64,000 nucleotides of DNA from contig CAWDKY010000017.1 in assembly GCA_963802945.1 (NCBI GenBank), positions 416,001 to 480,000 of the forward strand. Direction: 5' to 3'. The stretch comes from an uncultured delta proteobacterium (lineage in GTDB: Bacteria > Desulfobacterota > RBG-13-43-22). The notes beneath the pieces are model-generated. The model made no database searches and was not told where the DNA came from. It worked only from the letters and a program-made list of their open reading frames with translations. The position numbers and the translations under genes were made by a program. Positions 59,672-64,000 of this stretch are shown here, one piece after another; the first letter of the stretch is position 1; every line of letters starts with the position of its first letter.

Positions 59672-60868
59672 GTGATTAACACACTACCGTTTGCCGAGCC
59701 TGATGAAGTTGGTATGTCTCTTGAACGATTGAAACGTATCCCGCCGATGATTCAAAGTTATATAGACCAACAACTGATCCCCGGTGCAGTCACCATGGTC
59801 GTCCGTCAGGGAAAGATCGTTCATTTCGATGTCCAGGGGTATCAGAATGTTGAAAAAAAGATCCCCATGACCAAGGAAACGATTTTCCGCATCGCCTCCA
59901 TGACCAAACCGATAACCTCTGTCGCCTTGATGATGCTGTATGAGCAGGGCAAATTCCAGCTCGGCGATTCTATCTCCCAATGGCTCCCGGCTTATAAGGA
60001 TATGCGGGTGGCCGTATTTAATGGAAGGAAATATGACCTGGTGCCGGCCGACTCTCCCATTAATGTCATGCATATTCTGACCCACACGGCCGGTTTTGCC
60101 ACGGAATACAATCCTCAGAATCAGGAGCTGTATAGGCAGGCCGCCAAATTCCGCAGCCGCAAGGAGGTCATAGGCGATTTTGTGGACCGTTTGGCCACTG
60201 TTCCTCTTAACAATCATCCTGGGAAAATGTGGGATTATTCCCGCGCCACCTGTGTTGTGGGCCGTCTGGTGGAGGTTTTATCAGGGCAAACACTAGCGGA
60301 TTATTTCCAGGAACATATTTTCGAGCCGCTGGGTATGGTGGACACTCATTTTTTTCTGCCTGAAGAAAAACTGCCCCGTTTTGCCGTGGCCTATACTCCA
60401 GGGGAAGATAAAAAGATCCAACCGGTCGAGCCCGATACGAGGGAAAGTTTTTGGCTCAGCAAACCCGGCATCTACTACATGGGGTCCGGCGGATTGGTCT
60501 CCACGGCCTCGGATTATTTCCGCTTTGCCGATATGCTTATGAATGGAGGAAAGAGCGGAAAGGTTAGAATCCTAAGCCGGAAAACCATCGAGCTGATGAC
60601 CATGAACCATATCGGTGATCGGCCTGTCTGGCTGACCGGACCTGGAAACGGATTCGGTTTGGGGTTCGGCGTTACTCTGGACAGGGGTCAAACTCACAAT
60701 ATGGCCACCGAAGGTACCTATACCTGGGGCGGGGCCTTTTGCACCTATTGGTGGAACGATCCCCGGGAGAAGCTGTTCGGTATGGTTCTCACCCAGGTGC
60801 GTCCTTACGATCATCTCAATATAAGAGCGGATATGCAGACTATCGCCACGCAGGCGATTGACGATTAA
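59672..60868 (+). CDS. Serine hydrolase (beta-lactamase class C family)
   Basis: FRIASMTK (SxxK), LTHTAG, WDYS, WGGA; no signal peptide. Confidence 0.9.
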   Translation: MINTLPFAEPDEVGMSLERLKRIPPMIQSYIDQQLIPGAVTMVVRQGKIVHFDVQGYQNVEKKIPMTKETIFRIASMTKPITSVALMMLYEQGKFQLGDSISQWLPAYKDMRVAVFNGRKYDLVPADSPINVMHILTHTAGFATEYNPQNQELYRQAAKFRSRKEVIGDFVDRLATVPLNNHPGKMWDYSRATCVVGRLVEVLSGQTLADYFQEHIFEPLGMVDTHFFLPEEKLPRFAVAYTPGEDKKIQPVEPDTRESFWLSKPGIYYMGSGGLVSTASDYFRFADMLMNGGKSGKVRILSRKTIELMTMNHIGDRPVWLTGPGNGFGLGFGVTLDRGQTHNMATEGTYTWGGAFCTYWWNDPREKLFGMVLTQVRPYDHLNIRADMQTIATQAIDD

Positions 60869-61055
60869 CAGGTTGCTGAAAAAGGCCCATCAATACCAAG
60901 GCGGGTTGCCCTCATCCCTCGTCATTGCGACGTACTTCTAGGTACGACTCATTCCTCGGGATTTCTTCGCGTCAAGGGCAACGCTCAGTCCCACCCCTTC
61001 GGGGCGGGTTCCCGGTTTCGGGCGCCTTGTATCCGAACCTTTTTGAGCAACCTGT
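60868..61055. mobile_element. MITE-like element with terminal inverted repeats
   Basis: ACAGGTTGCTGAAAAAGG ... CCTTTTTGAGCAACCTGT; internal hairpins; non-coding. Confidence 0.7.
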
Positions 61056-61183
61056 AATAATGAGTTTTTCCGCATTATGATAATCGGAAGGTTGCAGAAA
61101 AGAACGTTTAAAATATCTGTCTGGGCATAGACAGATCCCCTCTGTCCCTTTTAGGCCGCGTAAGGCAGGGGGGATCGGCCGAT

Positions 61184-63590
61184 TTAAACATCCCCATACC
61201 GCATGTCAGGCCACTTGGTGCTTCCCCCTTCAAAAAGAACGGTAAAGACCTGGTCGGGATCGGTGCTCTCCTGAACATTAGGCAGATCCAGTCCGCCGAC
61301 CCCGGTCGGTACATAGAAGGTGAAATCCAAAGGTTTCATACGGCCCTCACGCACTGCCTCCACATACTTCTGAGGCCCCTTGGTGTTGGGAAGCCCGGGG
61401 ACTCTGCCGATAAATTTCCGATCATTTTGTCTGTGGTCGGCAAAGGCGCAAACCGCACCATATAGGCAGGCAATTCCAACTCTGTCTGGATATCTATATC
61501 CAAAGATCATTTGCTTAAGATAACGATCATAGGCCAGTGAATAGCTGGGCCATTTCCCTTTGCCCCACATCAGGCCGGGAACGTAAGGGTCTTCCTGCTC
61601 GACCGGTGAAAAGGACATGAGCTGGGCCACACCGCAGACCCAGCCATAAATTTGTTCTCTGGTGATGTGATGACCTTCCAGGTTCCACCTGGGATTGGAA
61701 CATCGAAGGGAAGTGGACAACAAGGCATAAGCGGCCCGGAAGGTCTCCGATTCATCCTTTTCCGCCCGGAGACTAAGCCTGAGTCCGCCCAAAAACATGG
61801 TTGTCCCATAAAGCCCTTTCTTTCCGTATTCTTCGTAAGTTACAATGCCGTTGCCGTCTTCGTCGAAGGCGTCGAGAAAACTTTTTTTCAAAGACGCTCC
61901 TTGAAGTTGGTCCACAGCATCCAGATAGGCAAAAAAGGTTTTTTGCATATCCCAGGGTATCTTTTGAGCGTCGGAATACAAGGCCGTTGTGACAATCTCT
62001 CTGAAGTTATCGCCATTCAGATACCCAAGCCTTCCTCGAAAAGAGGCCAGGGAATGACCGGTGATATCATCGCGCCCGATCACATAATACTGGCGCTGTC
62101 CCAAGCCGCGTTTTTCCGCCCGCCGGAAACTGAAATCCCGGCTCAAAGGACAGTCATATCCCTTAGTGGTAATGATGGCCTTATCTTGGAGCAAGGGAAC
62201 CGGAACCGCCTGTGGGAAGCGGCCTCCTGACCCGTCGTCCAACCCTGCTTCTTCCGATTCCTTTAGGCCGCAATTGCTGAATATATAGCGGGCGCAGAAC
62301 AGATCGGTGGCCACCGGATCCAATCCCGCTACCGCCAGTCCTTCACGCTCCTTGATGCCCAAACCTATTCCTGTGTGATCCCGGTTTGTTGCTTCCAAGC
62401 CATCGACAATGTGCATCATGAAAATATCTTGGTTAGCTACGGCCTTGATAATATCGAGCATGGTGCCTGTCAGTCCACCGGTTTTTTTCACCCGATAGGT
62501 CCCATCGAGATTTTTTATTGGGATGCTGGTCACTCGGGTCTAGTTCAGGGATCCATACCTGATGTGGAATGGCGCCCTTCATGCCCGGGACTTTCATCTT
62601 TGGCGGTGTGGCATATTCCCATTGGCAATCATTCGATCGGGATACTTCCATGGGATAGAGCCCAATGCCCAGATTCTTGATCACATTGGTGAAAAGGGCC
62701 TGGGCATGAATCTTTAATTTTGGAAGGTTGATCAGAATGCACCCTGGATAAAGGGCCCGATCATCCGGATCGGACGGATCACCGCCCACAATAACCTTAT
62801 GGAGGATGATAGACTCGAAATTTTCGTGGACTGGGACAGGGATATCTCTTCCTTTGGACATGTCGTCACAGATCCGGTTCAGGTCATAGACCATCAATTT
62901 ATCTTGGACCTTTCCAGGGGGCAGATAAGTCCCGGCCATGCTTTCTTCCAACCCTCTCATCGGATCATCCCTTCTGGGGGAATCGGAGACTTCGGAAAGG
63001 TACTTGCGGACGAAATAGAATCCATAGCCGCCGAAAAAATCATCGGACTGGCCTTCAATGACTGCCTCGGTGGTCACGGGTCGTCCGGCCTTCTTAAGAT
63101 GCTGAAAGCCGGCGGCCATGGCCGACAGTGCCGTGGCTGCTTCGCCGATGCTCATCTGATAGTAGCTGATGCCTGCTTGGTCGTGAAACCATCTCATCAC
63201 GGCGGCAACAAAGGCCCATTCCGTAACGGCCGTGCTGCCAATACTGGGTCCGAAGGTGTAGGGTTCAAAGCTCTCGACAGATACCAGGTTCGGTTTGAAG
63301 AGCAGCTTCTGCCCCTTCTTGAGCCTTTCTCTGATCTGGGAAAGGAAAGGTGTCTCCTGTTCCAGAGCGAACAAGGCCTCCCCCAGATTTTCATACATAT
63401 AATTGATCTTGGTTTTGATCTCCTTCCAGGCCGCCCCATCGGAGTCACGAATGACTTTTTGAAGCAGGAGCCCTATCCCTCCGTAGGCCTTATCGACATC
63501 CATCCGGCTGACGGCTATAGCAGCACCGTTTCTATCTAACATCCCGTCGCCTATAGCCGTATGCACCATGACTTCTTTGACCTTATTCAT
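61184..63590 (-). pseudogene. Large DUF362-like protein split by a frameshift near 62535
   Basis: KPNLV, IGEAA, INLPKLKIH..TNVIKNLGIG in the 5' ORF; IVDG..AGLDPVATD in the 3' ORF; the frames join on removing one base. Confidence 0.75.
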
Positions 63591-64000
63591 TTACTTTTCT
63601 CCTTTGGATTATGGAATCCGTCAATGAGATCCATTTATAGTTTGATGAGTCTTTCAATCTCTTCTTTGGTCTATACCCTATGGGGCCGGACCCAAATCAA
63701 GTTTTTTCCTATAGGGCCTGTTTCAAAGCTCTTTTTATGCGTAAAAAAAGCCGTTAAGAGTTTTTTTGTCCTTAATTTATCAAAAAAAATGAAAAAGAAA
63801 TTGATTTGGTTGGTCCGATCCAAGGCCGTTTTTAAAGAAAAAGGCGTTATGATCTCGTATGATCCAGATCATCTTTCTCTTTATGGTACATCTTAAATAA
63901 CTCGCTGGTGATAATCATTTTTTGGATATTGGATGTTCCCTCCAGATATTCCATGCCTCTGGCGTCAGCTCCTAATTGATTGATCAAGTCGTTCCGGAGA

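Noticed and set aside
59672-60868. Antibiotic-resistance beta-lactamase
   Set aside because: No signal peptide; motifs fit cytoplasmic esterase-type serine hydrolases.
63561-63896. 111-aa plus-strand ORF
   Set aside because: Low-complexity AT-rich upstream region of the DUF362-like gene, with no RBS or motif.
1-64000. CRISPR array or cas genes
   Set aside because: No regularly spaced 25-40-bp repeats and no cas-like ORFs were seen.

Overview
Chromosomal window from an anaerobic, selenocysteine-using bacterium; gene content suggests Desulfobacterota/delta-proteobacteria (inference). From left to right: (1) a Sec-containing selD, missed by the ORF track because of an in-frame TGA, with a LysR regulator; (2) a ~7.3-kb island integrated at tRNA-Thr(CGT) with no integrase, carrying an IS30 nested in an IS3, a PLD nuclease and broken SLOG and SGNH genes; (3) pckA and a large acyl-CoA catabolic region, including two divergent AbfD/HpaB-family paralogs lacking the Fe-S cysteines and a scar of a third; (4) a group IIC intron remnant at the attC-like end of a probable integron cassette; (5) a pseudogene-rich stretch at 33-38.5 kb; (6) a pstSCAB1B2 operon whose two ATPases carry complementary degenerate motifs; (7) housekeeping genes (tRNA-Arg, yggT, suhB, mreB-like, ispG, proS, relA/spoT, rpmB, purM); (8) further CoA-metabolism genes. 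No CRISPR array, rRNA or integrase was seen. Family assignments come from recognising motifs by eye, not from database searches.
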